Counted from the first letter of the stretch, positions 26,934-37,690 are shown. The stretch is DNA of 64,000 nucleotides from Nitrosopumilus sp. (GCA_965206745.1 OZ242220.1:608001-672000); one strand, 5' to 3'. The notes: generated from the letters alone by a model not told the origin. Program-made: numbers and translations.

Positions 26934-28103
26934 TCACACTGCGTCATCTGTGATCTTTTTTTCAAGCCTGTCTTCTAGCGGTATCTCGATGAGATCCCCC
27001 ATTCTTAGATTTTTTAGCCCTGTGGCGACTGCCTTTGCCCCCTCATCGTCTTTTTCCAGCCCTAAAAGCGACATCAGATATGCAGCACCTGTCTTTCCTG
27101 CTAGTTCCCCGAACACTATCCTCCTCCTGTTCCCGACTGCCCTAGGGGGAATCGGTTCATAGGCTGCAGGATTTCGAAGAATGGCTGCAAGGTGCGTGCC
27201 AGCTTTGTGTTTGTATGCTGATGAGCCCACAATTGGTTTTGAGTCATATGGCCTGATTGATGTATACTCTTCAATTAGCCTGGATAGGTCTAGCAGCATG
27301 TCCAGCCTGAAATCGTTTGGCGACTTGTAGAGATAGGTCAGTGCCACTGCCACCTCTGCTAGTGGCGGAATTCCCGTCCTCTCCCCGATGCCATCAATCG
27401 TGGTGTGAATCTGATCAACTCCCGCATCACATGCTGAAAATGCATTTGCCACTGCAAAGCCAATGTCATTGTGAACATGTGCATCAAGTGGAACATCGAC
27501 AACATCCCTTACCCTTTTGACAAAGTTATACATTCCAATTGGCCGTAGAATCCCCACCGTATCTGGAAGGCTGATTCTGTCGACTCCGGCCTCCTCAATT
27601 CCCTTGCAAACCTTTAGCAGGAATCCCGGCTCTGCCCTGCTTCCGTCCTCGACTGTGAACCTGATCTTTAGTCCGTGGGATTTTGCATACTCTACTGTAC
27701 TTATGGCCCTCTCAAGTGCCTCATCCCTTGTGATCCGTAGTTTGTCTTTTAGATGAATATCTGATATTCCCAGATATGCCGCACACCATTTTGCATCACA
27801 GTCTAGGGAGGCATCGACATCCTCCTTGAGTGCGCGTCCATGAGAGACAATGTCTGCTTTTAGTCCCTGCTTGATGATTGTCTTTGTTGCCTCTTTGTGA
27901 TCACTTGATACTATGGGCGAGATCTCGATTTGATCGACGCCGAAATAATCCAGCATCCATGCAATCTGGATTCTCTGCTTGTTTGTAAATGAGACCCCTG
28001 GGTGCTGTTCCCCCTCCCTGAGGGTGCTGTCCAGAACCCTGATCTTCTTTGGATTGTCTTCGTATGCGTTGTATATGTTGGCATAGTGATTCGAATCTTT
28101 CAT
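26934..28103 (-). CDS. Homocitrate synthase (LeuA/DRE-TIM family)
   Basis: DSTLREGEQ, HVHNDIG, GIGERTG, HKAGTH; lies in the Lys cluster. Confidence 0.85.
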   Translation of the reverse strand: MKDSNHYANIYNAYEDNPKKIRVLDSTLREGEQHPGVSFTNKQRIQIAWMLDYFGVDQIEISPIVSSDHKEATKTIIKQGLKADIVSHGRALKEDVDASLDCDAKWCAAYLGISDIHLKDKLRITRDEALERAISTVEYAKSHGLKIRFTVEDGSRAEPGFLLKVCKGIEEAGVDRISLPDTVGILRPIGMYNFVKRVRDVVDVPLDAHVHNDIGFAVANAFSACDAGVDQIHTTIDGIGERTGIPPLAEVAVALTYLYKSPNDFRLDMLLDLSRLIEEYTSIRPYDSKPIVGSSAYKHKAGTHLAAILRNPAAYEPIPPRAVGNRRRIVFGELAGKTGAAYLMSLLGLEKDDEGAKAVATGLKNLRMGDLIEIPLEDRLEKKITDDAV

Positions 28104-28220
28104 TACTGATATCGTTGGTATGGATAGACGATATAAACATATTCGTACTAAGTTCGTTGGAAAAAGGCAAAAATGATCCTAAATTAGTTTTGAAATTAAA
28201 TTATGAAACGAAAGTCGCAT

Positions 28221-28640
28221 TTAGGTTATCTCTCTTAAAATGATGACCGTGTTGGTATCTGCCACGCCGGGGATCTTTCTTAGGGCGTCAATGGTGGCAT
28301 TAATCTCTGTAATGTTTGTAGCACTCATTATTGTTGTAATGTCGTACTGGCCTGTAATTTCATAGACTGCTCTTACTCCCTCTAGCTTTGCCAGTCTCAG
28401 CGACACCTTTGATGTGTCTGTTGCTGAATCCACTGAAACCAAAACGATTGCACTGGTCAAATTTTCTTCCCCGATCTCCAGAGTGAATTTTTTGATCGTG
28501 CCGCTGTCTATTAGATTTTTTACACGTCTTCGGACTGCGGATTCAGACAGCTTTAGCTTCTTGCCAATATCCACAAACGATTCCCTGGAATCCTCTTTGA
28601 GATAGCCTATGATTTTTTCATCCACTTTATCCTTGTACAT
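28221..28640 (-). CDS. lysM: Lrp/AsnC-family regulator (LysM-like)
   Basis: HTH LSESAVRRRVKNL, YEITGQYDI; lies in the Lys/Arg operon. Confidence 0.8.
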   Translation of the reverse strand: MYKDKVDEKIIGYLKEDSRESFVDIGKKLKLSESAVRRRVKNLIDSGTIKKFTLEIGEENLTSAIVLVSVDSATDTSKVSLRLAKLEGVRAVYEITGQYDITTIMSATNITEINATIDALRKIPGVADTNTVIILREIT

Positions 28641-29814
28641 CTCTTCTCGCTTCCTCCTCAGTTAGTACCAAATCAAGGGCATGTAAAACTTTTGTCACAT
28701 CATCTTCTGATATTACCAGCGGGGGTAAAAGCCTTAGAACGTTTCTTCCAGAATACAGCATCAGGACCCCCTCCTTGATCAATCCCATCAGTATGTTCAC
28801 CACCTCAAACTTCATCTCAATTCCTATCATGAGTCCCTTGCCCCTGATCTCCCTGATCATTGTGTGCTTCTCCTTTAACTCTTTGAGCCCTTCCCTGAAC
28901 AGCTTGCCCATCCTCTCTGAATTCTCAACCAGTCCGTCCTCTGTGATTGCCTTGAGGGCAGCAACTGCTGCAGCACAGGATATCGGGTTTCCTCCAAACG
29001 TTGATGAGTGCTCGCCCTTGCCCATCGAGGCCAGGATGTCCTCTCTTACTAGAGTTGCACCCATTGGCACTCCCCCTGCAATTCCTTTTGCAAGGCATAG
29101 GATGTCCGGTGCCGTACTCCAGTGATCACAGGCCCATAACCGTCCGGTCCTGCCCAGACCTGCCTGAATCTCGTCGAAGATCAGCACTATCCCTCTCTCA
29201 TCACAAAGCTTTCTGACGTCCTGCAAGAACCCCTCAGGGGGCACAATAATCCCGCTTTCACCCTGTATTGGTTCTAGGATCACAAATGCCGTATCCTCAT
29301 CCACTGCCAAACGCAGCGACTCGATGTCCCCATATGACGCAAAGGACACCTTCTCCACTAGTGGCGCAAAGGCCTTTCTGTACTTTGGATTAAACGTTAA
29401 TGACAGCGCCCCAAATGACTTTCCGTGGTAGGATCCCTTCATTGCAACCATTCCCTTCTTGCCTGTAAACTTTCTTGCAAACTTCATTGCGGCCTCGACT
29501 GCCTCAGCGCCGCTGTTGTTTAGGTGAACCTGTGTCAGGCCTTTTGGGGCCAGGCCAATTAGCATTCTCAAAAACTCTTCCCTTGTCCTGTTGTACAGGG
29601 AACTGTGAACTGTGATTATCTTGTCAATCTGCTCTCTGATTGCATCGTTGACTCTCTGGTTTTTGTGGCCCACCAAGGCTACGCCATATCCTCCCATGCA
29701 ATCTATGTACTCCTTTCCGTCGACATCCCACACGTGGGCCCCAAGACCTCTTTCAATGGTAACTGGAAACCTCTGATAGAGGTTTCCCATAAATTGGTCC
29801 TCACTCATGTTCAA
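28627..29814 (-). CDS. lysJ: [LysW]-aminoadipate/glutamate semialdehyde transaminase
   Basis: Class III PLP motifs EPIQGESG, FDEIQAGLGRTG, AKGIAGG, STFGGNP. Confidence 0.9.
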   Translation of the reverse strand: MNMSEDQFMGNLYQRFPVTIERGLGAHVWDVDGKEYIDCMGGYGVALVGHKNQRVNDAIREQIDKIITVHSSLYNRTREEFLRMLIGLAPKGLTQVHLNNSGAEAVEAAMKFARKFTGKKGMVAMKGSYHGKSFGALSLTFNPKYRKAFAPLVEKVSFASYGDIESLRLAVDEDTAFVILEPIQGESGIIVPPEGFLQDVRKLCDERGIVLIFDEIQAGLGRTGRLWACDHWSTAPDILCLAKGIAGGVPMGATLVREDILASMGKGEHSSTFGGNPISCAAAVAALKAITEDGLVENSERMGKLFREGLKELKEKHTMIREIRGKGLMIGIEMKFEVVNILMGLIKEGVLMLYSGRNVLRLLPPLVISEDDVTKVLHALDLVLTEEEARRDVQG

Positions 29815-30604
29815 TCACCGTACAGTTCTCATGTCCAATGGCTGCAGTGATTGGATTCTCCCTTTGGCCGTTGCCAATCAGTGCTTGTTTGACTCCCATG
29901 TCAAGTGCTTCAGTGGATGCCAGAATCTTCTTCTCCATTCCCGGTCCTATCTTTGGCCTGATCTCTTTTGCTTCAGCTAGTGTCAGTTTTGGTACTAGTT
30001 TGTCATCCATCATCAACCCGTCAACATTTGTGATGAACAACACCTTGTCACAGCCAACCCTGCCTGCAACATAAGCTGCTGCCCTGTCCCCGTCCACATT
30101 CAAAAACTCTGACTCTTCACTCATTGCTATGGGTGAGATTACCGGCGTCAGGCCTTGTTCCAATAGGGATCTGATGAATCCTGAATTTATCTCTCTGATC
30201 TTGCCTGTATACCCGCCATCAATTGCCTGCTTTCTTCCTTTCTCATTTACTATGAGCAGCTTCTTTTTTCTGTCAGCCTGGATTACCTTTGCATCCACCC
30301 CTGATAGGCCGATTGCATTGATGCCGTTTTTTTGCAGCATCTGAACGATCGTCTTGTTGATTCTGCCTGACATTACCATGGTGAATATTTCTGCTGTCTC
30401 TTTATCTGTATACCTGCTCTTGATGCCACTAGGCGATGTTACAAACCTTGGCTCCTTGCCAAGCTGTCTGCACACCTTGGTGACCTCCTTTCCTCCCCCG
30501 TGAACAATGATGATGCCCTCTGTCTCTGCCACCTTCTTGATGTCTGATATCGTGGATGGATGCAGATCATCGACTACACTACCGCCAATCTTGATTGTGA
30601 TCAT
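29801..30604 (-). CDS. lysZ: [LysW]-aminoadipate/glutamate kinase
   Basis: KIGGS, VHGGG, SPSGIKSRYTD, NVDGDRAA. Confidence 0.92.
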   Translation of the reverse strand: MITIKIGGSVVDDLHPSTISDIKKVAETEGIIIVHGGGKEVTKVCRQLGKEPRFVTSPSGIKSRYTDKETAEIFTMVMSGRINKTIVQMLQKNGINAIGLSGVDAKVIQADRKKKLLIVNEKGRKQAIDGGYTGKIREINSGFIRSLLEQGLTPVISPIAMSEESEFLNVDGDRAAAYVAGRVGCDKVLFITNVDGLMMDDKLVPKLTLAEAKEIRPKIGPGMEKKILASTEALDMGVKQALIGNGQRENPITAAIGHENCTVIEHE

Positions 30605-30606
30605 CT

Positions 30607-31653
30607 CTACACGGGAGTCAGCGGGGTGTATCTCAGCCCGTTCATTTCATCAAAACCGCACATCACATTCATGTTTTGAATGGCAGAACCGGCTGCACCC
30701 TTCATCAGGTTATCTGATGCAGACAGTGCAATCAATCTGTTGTTATCCTCGTCTAAATCAAATCCGATATCGCAAAAGTTTGAACCAACCAGGAACTTTG
30801 GATCTGGGAATTTGTACAATCCCTTCTTGTCTCTGATCAGCCTGACGAATCTCTCCTCCCCGTATGCCTGACGATATATCTTCCACAGCTCCTTCTCCTC
30901 GATGTCCTTCTTTAGGAATGTGTGGTTTGTGCATAGAATTCCACGAACGACATCCACTGCATGCGGACTCATTGAGACGCGGATCTTTCTTCCCGCAATC
31001 TCACCAAGCTCCTGCTCAATTTCACCGGTGTGTCTGTGTTTTGCCGGCTTGTATGGTCTAATCACCCCTGCCCTCATTGCATGGGCAGTTCCTGAACCTG
31101 AACCTGCACCTGAGGAGCCAATCTTTGAATCAACTATGATGTGCTCGATGTCTATGATGTCGTTTCTAATTAACGGGGCAAGTGCCAGTATGGATGTGAC
31201 TGCCATGCATCCTGGACAGGAGACCAGCTGTGCCTTTTTAATCTCCTCTCTGTGCAGCTCCGGCACACCAAAGACTGACTTTTGCAGGTAGTCTGGATGG
31301 GGATGCTCCCAGCCGTACCATTTGTCATATGCCTCCTGATTGTGCAATCTGTAATCTGCGCTTAGGTCAATTACCTTGACCCCCCTGTCGTACAGTGCCT
31401 TTACGATTTCTGTAGCAGTACCATGAGGCACTGCCGTAAAGACCACATCGCACTGGTCTGTTAATCTGTCATAATCTAATTCTGAGAATGTCAAGTCTGT
31501 AAACCCCTTCAGGCTTGGCTGAACTCTATGCAGATATTCTCCTACGTGCTGTCTTGATGTCACCATTGAGATCTCTACATCCGGGTGATTGACCAGTAAT
31601 CGGAGTGTCTCCCCACCCACGTATCCTGATGCCCCAACAACCCCGACTTTCAT
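30607..31653 (-). CDS. lysY: [LysW]-aminoadipyl/glutamyl-phosphate reductase (ArgC family)
   Basis: GASGYVG, DLSADYR, CPGC, DNLMKGAAG. Confidence 0.92.
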   Translation of the reverse strand: MKVGVVGASGYVGGETLRLLVNHPDVEISMVTSRQHVGEYLHRVQPSLKGFTDLTFSELDYDRLTDQCDVVFTAVPHGTATEIVKALYDRGVKVIDLSADYRLHNQEAYDKWYGWEHPHPDYLQKSVFGVPELHREEIKKAQLVSCPGCMAVTSILALAPLIRNDIIDIEHIIVDSKIGSSGAGSGSGTAHAMRAGVIRPYKPAKHRHTGEIEQELGEIAGRKIRVSMSPHAVDVVRGILCTNHTFLKKDIEEKELWKIYRQAYGEERFVRLIRDKKGLYKFPDPKFLVGSNFCDIGFDLDEDNNRLIALSASDNLMKGAAGSAIQNMNVMCGFDEMNGLRYTPLTPV

Positions 31654-31680
31654 GATAAGACACCCGCTAAAGGAGTATAA

Positions 31681-32538
31681 TTATTTTCTTACGTAGTTTA
31701 GGGCAAATTCTACCATCTCTTTTGGTATATTTCGCTGTGCAACTCTGGCCAATCCTTTGAATTCCACGGTGTTGTTTACCTCGTGTACGACCAGTCCGTT
31801 CTCTTCATCCTCCATCATGTCAACTCCCAAGATTCCTCCACCCATGGCCTTTGATGCTTTTACTGCCATGTCTTCCATCTCTTTTGTGATCTCACAAAGT
31901 TGGGGGTCTGCCCCCAGTGCAATGTTCGTTTTGAATCCTCCGGAGGACTTTCTATACATGGCTGCAATGGGATCATCGCCGACTGTGATTATCCTGATGT
32001 CCCTTGGCGGTCTCTTGACTAATTCTTGCAGATAGTAAATTCTGTCGTGCGGACTGTCTGTAATGTCTCTGATCTCAAAAACTGCCTCCATCGCATCTTT
32101 GTCTTTGAGGGGCATCACACCCCTTCCCCAGCTGCCGATGACCGGCTTGATGACTAGCGGGAATCCGACCTTCTCCAGATTCTCTGCCGCACTCTGACTT
32201 GAAAATGAAAAATATGTTTTGGGTGTTGGAATGTTGTTCTTCTTCAAAAGCAGTGTCATGAACATCTTGTTGCCGCAAATGTTTGCCACTTCAAACCTGT
32301 TGAGTACGGGAATCTCCATGAACTCCAGGCCTGCAGTAAAGTGTAGTCCTCTAAAATAACTGACGCATCTTTCCAAAACAACGTCTCCTAAATCCAAATC
32401 CTCCTTCTTGCTGTCTGTGTTAATTTGGGTGATCTTTGCATCTAGCATCAGTGCATCATGTCCCAGCTGGGATGCCTCCTTTTGGAGCATCTTTTCTTCG
32501 GCCCTTAGGCGGTCAAAGACAATACAGACTTTTGACAT
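31681..32538 (-). CDS. lysX: Second LysW ligase (LysX/ArgX; probably glutamate-specific given argG linkage)
   Basis: KPVIGSWGR, FKTNIALG, HEVNNTVEF. Confidence 0.85.
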   Translation of the reverse strand: MSKVCIVFDRLRAEEKMLQKEASQLGHDALMLDAKITQINTDSKKEDLDLGDVVLERCVSYFRGLHFTAGLEFMEIPVLNRFEVANICGNKMFMTLLLKKNNIPTPKTYFSFSSQSAAENLEKVGFPLVIKPVIGSWGRGVMPLKDKDAMEAVFEIRDITDSPHDRIYYLQELVKRPPRDIRIITVGDDPIAAMYRKSSGGFKTNIALGADPQLCEITKEMEDMAVKASKAMGGGILGVDMMEDEENGLVVHEVNNTVEFKGLARVAQRNIPKEMVEFALNYVRK

Positions 32539-32705
32539 TACTCTCCCCAGTCTTCGCCTACTGTTTCTGCTTGCTTGAGCTCGAGATTTGATCCCTCTTT
32601 TTTTGAGATTTCAAAGTCAGCGCCACAATCAGGGCAGGAGACAATCTCTCCCACTGAGGCATCGTCTGGGATGTTTAATGTTGCATCACATTCTGGACAG
32701 TTCAT
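32538..32705 (-). CDS. lysW: LysW/ArgW carrier protein, canonical EDWGE end (55 aa, not in ORF track)
   Basis: Hand translation MNCPECDATLNIPDDASVGEIVSCPDCGADFEISKKEGSNLELKQAETVGEDWGE; ATGA overlap with argG and TAATG overlap with lysX. Confidence 0.95.
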   Translation of the reverse strand: MNCPECDATLNIPDDASVGEIVSCPDCGADFEISKKEGSNLELKQAETVGEDWGE

Positions 32706-33901
32706 GTTTTTGTTGACCTTTTCTTTTGTAATTTATTAGCTTCTGTTGACTGCATTCCCCACAATTCCACGAATCCTTTGGCCAATCTCTGATCAAATGT
32801 TGATTCTGCCCCATAAGTTGCAATGTTGTGACTGTACAGTGAGTTGCTGGACTTTCTTCCGACAACCCTGAGGCTTCCCTTGTACATCTTTAGTTTTACT
32901 GTTCCTGATACTGGCCTCTGAGATGCCTCTATGAACCCGTCCAGATCTGTTCTTAGTGGATCCTGCCACAGCCCAGAGTATACCAGATATGCCCATTCAT
33001 CGTCAATCATCGACTTGAACTTGTTTTCATGTTTGGTGTGAACCATCTTTTCCAGATCTGAGTGGGCCTCGATCAGACAAGTCGCAGCTGGTGTCTCGTA
33101 CACTTCGCGGGATTTGATCCCGACAACCCTGTCTTCAATGTGATCTACTATTCCCACACCGGCATTGCCAGCTTTTTTGTTGATGTATTCAATCAGTTTT
33201 AATGGCTCCATTGATTTGCCGTCAACCCCTATTGGCACCCCTCTGTCAAACTTGATCTCCATGTATGTCGGCTTTTCTGGCAGGTTCTTTGTCTTGACCC
33301 AAATGAATGCGTCATCTGGAGGCTCGTTGTATGGATCCTCTAGTGTCCCTCCCTCTATTGCACGTCCCCACAGGTTCTGATCAATGCTGAACCTCTTTGC
33401 CACCTTATCTATCTGTATTCCGTGCTTCTTTGCAAACTTTAGCTCTGTATCCCTGTCCAAATTCTTGTCCCTTATCGGCGCTATGATTGGAAGATCCGAA
33501 CCGGAACGCAGCGTGATGTCAAACCTGACTTGATCATTTCCCTTGCCTGAACAACCGTGTGCAAGTGATGTCACTTTTTCTTTTCTGGCAACCTCTAAAA
33601 CTTTCTCTGCAATCAGCGGTCTGGCAAGTGCAGTTGCAAGGCAGTATTTTTTCTGATAAAGGGCGTTTGCCTTTATTGACGGAAAGATATAGTCTTTGAC
33701 AAACTCCTTTCTTGCGTCAATGTTATAGTGCTTTTTTACCCCAAGTTTCCTTGCCTTGGCTGCAATCTTTTTCCAATCATCACCCTGTCCGACATCCACT
33801 GTAACTGTGATGACGTCCATATCGTGCTCGTCTTGCAGGTACTTTACAACAACTGATGTGTCCAGTCCGCCTGAGAATGCAAGAATTCCTTTTTTAGTCA
33901 T
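32702..33901 (-). CDS. argG: Argininosuccinate synthase
   Basis: AFSGGLDTS, HGCSGKGNDQVRF, GIKSREVYE (track start 33952). Confidence 0.96.
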   Translation of the reverse strand: MTKKGILAFSGGLDTSVVVKYLQDEHDMDVITVTVDVGQGDDWKKIAAKARKLGVKKHYNIDARKEFVKDYIFPSIKANALYQKKYCLATALARPLIAEKVLEVARKEKVTSLAHGCSGKGNDQVRFDITLRSGSDLPIIAPIRDKNLDRDTELKFAKKHGIQIDKVAKRFSIDQNLWGRAIEGGTLEDPYNEPPDDAFIWVKTKNLPEKPTYMEIKFDRGVPIGVDGKSMEPLKLIEYINKKAGNAGVGIVDHIEDRVVGIKSREVYETPAATCLIEAHSDLEKMVHTKHENKFKSMIDDEWAYLVYSGLWQDPLRTDLDGFIEASQRPVSGTVKLKMYKGSLRVVGRKSSNSLYSHNIATYGAESTFDQRLAKGFVELWGMQSTEANKLQKKRSTKT

Positions 33902-34033
33902 AAAACACATTTTACGTCGTATTTTGGAATTTATCTTTTGTGATAGGCTCAATCCAGATAATTTTTTGAAAATTTCTGACTAGCTTGAGCTAAAATTCGA
34001 TGATTATTTAACCGCCAAATATAACGCTGTTTT

Positions 34034-35056
34034 ATGAAGATTCGTCTGATAGTCTCTGCAAGCATCGGAGTTGCATTGCTTGCCATACTGGCAACTGTAC
34101 TTGGTCCTGATGATGCCTCCGATGAGCATACGCTCCGAGTCGCCTACTTTCCAAATATCGGACACGCTATCCCGATAGTGGGTGTGGAGCAGGGATTTTT
34201 CCAAGACGGTCTTGGCGATCAGGCAAAAATTCAGACTCGTGTCTTTGATAGTGGCCCCCAGGCAATAGAGTCCCTGTTTGCCAACTCTATTGATCTGGCA
34301 TACGTCGGACCTGGCCCTGCAATCAATGGATTTTTAAATTCTAAAGATAATAACGTAAAGATTCTTGCAGGTGCAGCCAGTGGCGGTGCCAGCTTTATAG
34401 TTCATCCTGAATCTGAAATAAACAACGCGACTGATTTTGCCGGGAAGAAGATTGCCGTCCCCCAGATTGGCAACACCCAGGATGTCTCCCTGCGCCATTA
34501 CCTGTCTGAAAACGGACTAAAGGTTGCCGAAAAAGGAGGCTCTGTAATAGTTTACAACATTCCAAACCCTGACATTTACACACTATTTGTAAAGGGGGAC
34601 ATTGATGGCGCATGGGTTCCGGAACCTTGGGCTACCATCCTGGAGATACAACTAAACGGGAAACGATTGTTCCATGAGGAGGAACTTTGGCCAAACCATG
34701 AATTTGCATCCGTTCTCCTCATTGGCAACGCAGATTTTGTAGACAGAAATCCCCAACTAGTTGCATCTCTGCTAAGCTCCCATCACAATACTGCAGGCTG
34801 GATCAACCAAAACCCTGTTGAGACTAGGATTGTTTTCAATGATTTTCTGGATTCCTACCTGGGCCAATCCCTGCCTGATGATGTTGTAGATACTGCCTTG
34901 TCAAACCTGGCAATCACTGCAGATCCCTTGCCTGATTCCATTGATTCATTTGCACAAAAAGCAGACGAATTGGGATACCTTGGAAGAAATGGATATGATT
35001 TGTCTGGTATTTTTTATTACGCTGATGCAAATTCCCTTCAAGGAGATGAACCCTAG
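34034..35056 (+). CDS. ABC transporter substrate-binding protein (SsuA/NrtA-like)
   Basis: YFPNIGHA, GNTQDVSLR, WVPEPW; N-terminal TM. Confidence 0.88.
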   Translation: MKIRLIVSASIGVALLAILATVLGPDDASDEHTLRVAYFPNIGHAIPIVGVEQGFFQDGLGDQAKIQTRVFDSGPQAIESLFANSIDLAYVGPGPAINGFLNSKDNNVKILAGAASGGASFIVHPESEINNATDFAGKKIAVPQIGNTQDVSLRHYLSENGLKVAEKGGSVIVYNIPNPDIYTLFVKGDIDGAWVPEPWATILEIQLNGKRLFHEEELWPNHEFASVLLIGNADFVDRNPQLVASLLSSHHNTAGWINQNPVETRIVFNDFLDSYLGQSLPDDVVDTALSNLAITADPLPDSIDSFAQKADELGYLGRNGYDLSGIFYYADANSLQGDEP

Positions 35057-35821
35057 ATGACCAAACTTGAGGCAAAAAATATTGTAAAATATTTCAATCA
35101 TGACTCTCACAAACTCAAGGCACTCGGTGGCGTGAATCTAAAGGTTCAGGCAGGCGATTTTGTCTGTTTGGTCGGCCCTTCAGGCTGTGGAAAGTCCACC
35201 TTTTTACGCATAGTTGCAGGCCTGGAGAAGCCCGATGAGGGACAGATTCTCTTTGATGGTCACAATGTGACTGAGACTGGCCCTGAAAGAATCATGGTGT
35301 TCCAGGAGGGTGCCCTGTTCCCGTGGCTGAAGGTTCAGGATAATGTGGAGTTTGGACTAAAGATGGCCGGCATTCCAAAAGAGGAGAGGGCAAAGATATC
35401 CCACAGATACTTGGATATGATGCAGCTCACCAAGTTTGCAGACTCGTACACTTATCAGCTTTCAACTGGAATGAAGCAACGCGTAGCTATTGCCAGAGCT
35501 CTTGTGATGGATCCTGACGTGTTGCTAATGGACGAACCCTTTGCCGCACTTGATGCACAAACCCGTGATCTGCTGTTAGTTGAGATGCAATTGATATGGG
35601 AGAAGACAAAAAAGACCATCCTGTTTGTGACTCATAATGTCTCAGAAGCCGCAGTTCTTGGTACCAAAGTGGCAATATTTAGCAACCGCCCATCATTCAT
35701 CAAGAGGGAGGTTGACAATGACTTTCCCAGACCTAGGATAACTGACGATGAATCGTTACTCAAATTTCAGCAAGACATCTTGGCAGAACTCAGACCCGAG
35801 GTAAAGAAGAATAAAGAGTGA
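35057..35821 (+). CDS. ABC transporter ATP-binding protein (nitrate/sulfonate type)
   Basis: GPSGCGKST, LSTGMKQR, LLMDEPFAALD. Confidence 0.93.
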   Translation: MTKLEAKNIVKYFNHDSHKLKALGGVNLKVQAGDFVCLVGPSGCGKSTFLRIVAGLEKPDEGQILFDGHNVTETGPERIMVFQEGALFPWLKVQDNVEFGLKMAGIPKEERAKISHRYLDMMQLTKFADSYTYQLSTGMKQRVAIARALVMDPDVLLMDEPFAALDAQTRDLLLVEMQLIWEKTKKTILFVTHNVSEAAVLGTKVAIFSNRPSFIKREVDNDFPRPRITDDESLLKFQQDILAELRPEVKKNKE

Positions 35822-36585
35822 TAGTTATGGCAAAGAGTTTCACGCTTCATAGAATTGTATTTTACATTGGGATCATTGCGGCCTGGCAGATAACTGCAAT
35901 GTCTGGCGTATGGCCTGATAACATCTTCCCGTCCCCCTATGAGGTGGCCGAAGATTTGGCATACGGTGCAACAGACGGCAGCCTGTTTTATGGCATTGCA
36001 ACTAGCATGCTGAGGCTGTCAATCGGACTCGGAATTGCAATAGTCGGCGGAGTCATACTTGGAATATTTATGGCAAGGATAGAGGCCATCAATCAGACTG
36101 TCGGCTCACTAGTACTGGGACTGCAGTCCATCCCGTCGATAGCTTGGGTTCCGCTAGCAATACTCTGGTTTGGCCTAAGTGATGTCGGAATAGTCTTTGT
36201 TACGGCAATTGGGGCAATCTTTGCAGTCACCATCAACACATACACCGGAGTCAAGAATATAGATCCCCACTTTATCGAGGCTGCCAGAAACATGGGTGCA
36301 AAGGGAAGCCAGCTGATCACTGCAGTATTGATTCCGGCGGCATTCCCATACATGATTTCAGGCTTTAAACAGGGATGGGCATTTGCATGGAGGGGCCTAA
36401 TCGGTGCTGAGATCCTGTTCTCCTACCTGGGGTTGGGATTCTTGCTCAATGCTGGCCGCTCTCTAAATGACGTGTCACAGATCATTGGGGTAATGGTGAC
36501 AATCATGGCAATCGGCTTGGCAGTTGATGGCATAGTTTTCAAAAGGCTTGAAAATAAGGTAATGTCCCGTTGGGGCTTGGGATGA
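35818..36585 (+). CDS. ABC transporter permease
   Basis: IPSIAWVPLAILWFG; EAA motif EAARNMGA. Confidence 0.92.
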   Translation: MIVMAKSFTLHRIVFYIGIIAAWQITAMSGVWPDNIFPSPYEVAEDLAYGATDGSLFYGIATSMLRLSIGLGIAIVGGVILGIFMARIEAINQTVGSLVLGLQSIPSIAWVPLAILWFGLSDVGIVFVTAIGAIFAVTINTYTGVKNIDPHFIEAARNMGAKGSQLITAVLIPAAFPYMISGFKQGWAFAWRGLIGAEILFSYLGLGFLLNAGRSLNDVSQIIGVMVTIMAIGLAVDGIVFKRLENKVMSRWGLG

Positions 36586-36586
36586 A

Positions 36587-37690
36587 TCACTCCCCTTTAA
36601 TTTTCAGTGCCACTGCAAATGCGCAGATGATAATCGCAATTGCAAAATACATCACTGTGGCGTAATCAAACACAAATGCAATGCTGCCGGCTATTACGGG
36701 GCCGATGACTGTTGCAATAGACAATGTAGAGCTAAATATCCCAGTCGATGTAGAGCGCGGATTGTTCTCCATCAGATGAAAATTTCCCCCGATGAACAAG
36801 AATGCCCATGTTGCACCTACAAGTGACATAAATGGCATCGCCATCCACCATTCTGTAACTGTCAAGAGCCCCACAAAGACAAATGTTGTGCATCCGATTC
36901 CTATTTTGAATTTAGTTACGTTGGATAGGTGGATTTTACTTGCCATCACGTTCATCAAAATAAACGCAGTCAGCGTATTTGCCACATATACGATTGAAAT
37001 GTGGTAAAGATCCCCTCCCCACCTTTCGACGATCATGATTGGGAGGACAGTCCACACCGCTGCAGCTCCGACATGCCTTAGTAACAGTGACAGGAACAGA
37101 AACTTGTTTTTTAAAATTATTTTCTTCGTGGTTCCAGGCGCCGTCTCTTTGGTTTGCTTGGGATTGGGCAGCTTTATCGTAAATAACAATCCTATCAAAA
37201 ATGATGCGGCACTTAGCAAAAAGATCAGCTTGAGATCATTTACAATTCCTGCAGCGGCAATGCCTGCAAGCCATCCCAATGCGTGAAACGAGATCACAGT
37301 TGCGGCCCTTTTTTTGTCAATGTTTGCCTCATAGGTGTATGCAATCATTGCAGGAATCATGATTCCGCTTGCAACCCCTGCTGCAATTCTTACCAGGAAA
37401 AATACGCCCAGATCATCTGCAAAATAGTGCAGCCCAAATGCGATGGCGCATCCCACAAAGCCTATTCTGATGAATTTGAGCCTGGTTCCCTTTTTGTCTG
37501 AATGCCTTCCAAAGTAGATCTCAGATAGAATTTGTGCAAAGCTAAATGATGCTACCAGCAACCCTATCTCGAAGATGGACTCTGTCACATCCCTTGCAAT
37601 TATGGGCATGAAGACGAAGATTATCGAGATTCCGGCATGCTGAAAAAAAGTGGCACTACGAACTAGATTGTTGACTGGTAACTTTTGCAT
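36587..37690 (-). CDS. MFS transporter
   Basis: Multiple TM helices; motif A-like GRHSDKKGTR. Confidence 0.85.
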   Translation of the reverse strand: MQKLPVNNLVRSATFFQHAGISIIFVFMPIIARDVTESIFEIGLLVASFSFAQILSEIYFGRHSDKKGTRLKFIRIGFVGCAIAFGLHYFADDLGVFFLVRIAAGVASGIMIPAMIAYTYEANIDKKRAATVISFHALGWLAGIAAAGIVNDLKLIFLLSAASFLIGLLFTIKLPNPKQTKETAPGTTKKIILKNKFLFLSLLLRHVGAAAVWTVLPIMIVERWGGDLYHISIVYVANTLTAFILMNVMASKIHLSNVTKFKIGIGCTTFVFVGLLTVTEWWMAMPFMSLVGATWAFLFIGGNFHLMENNPRSTSTGIFSSTLSIATVIGPVIAGSIAFVFDYATVMYFAIAIIICAFAVALKIKGE

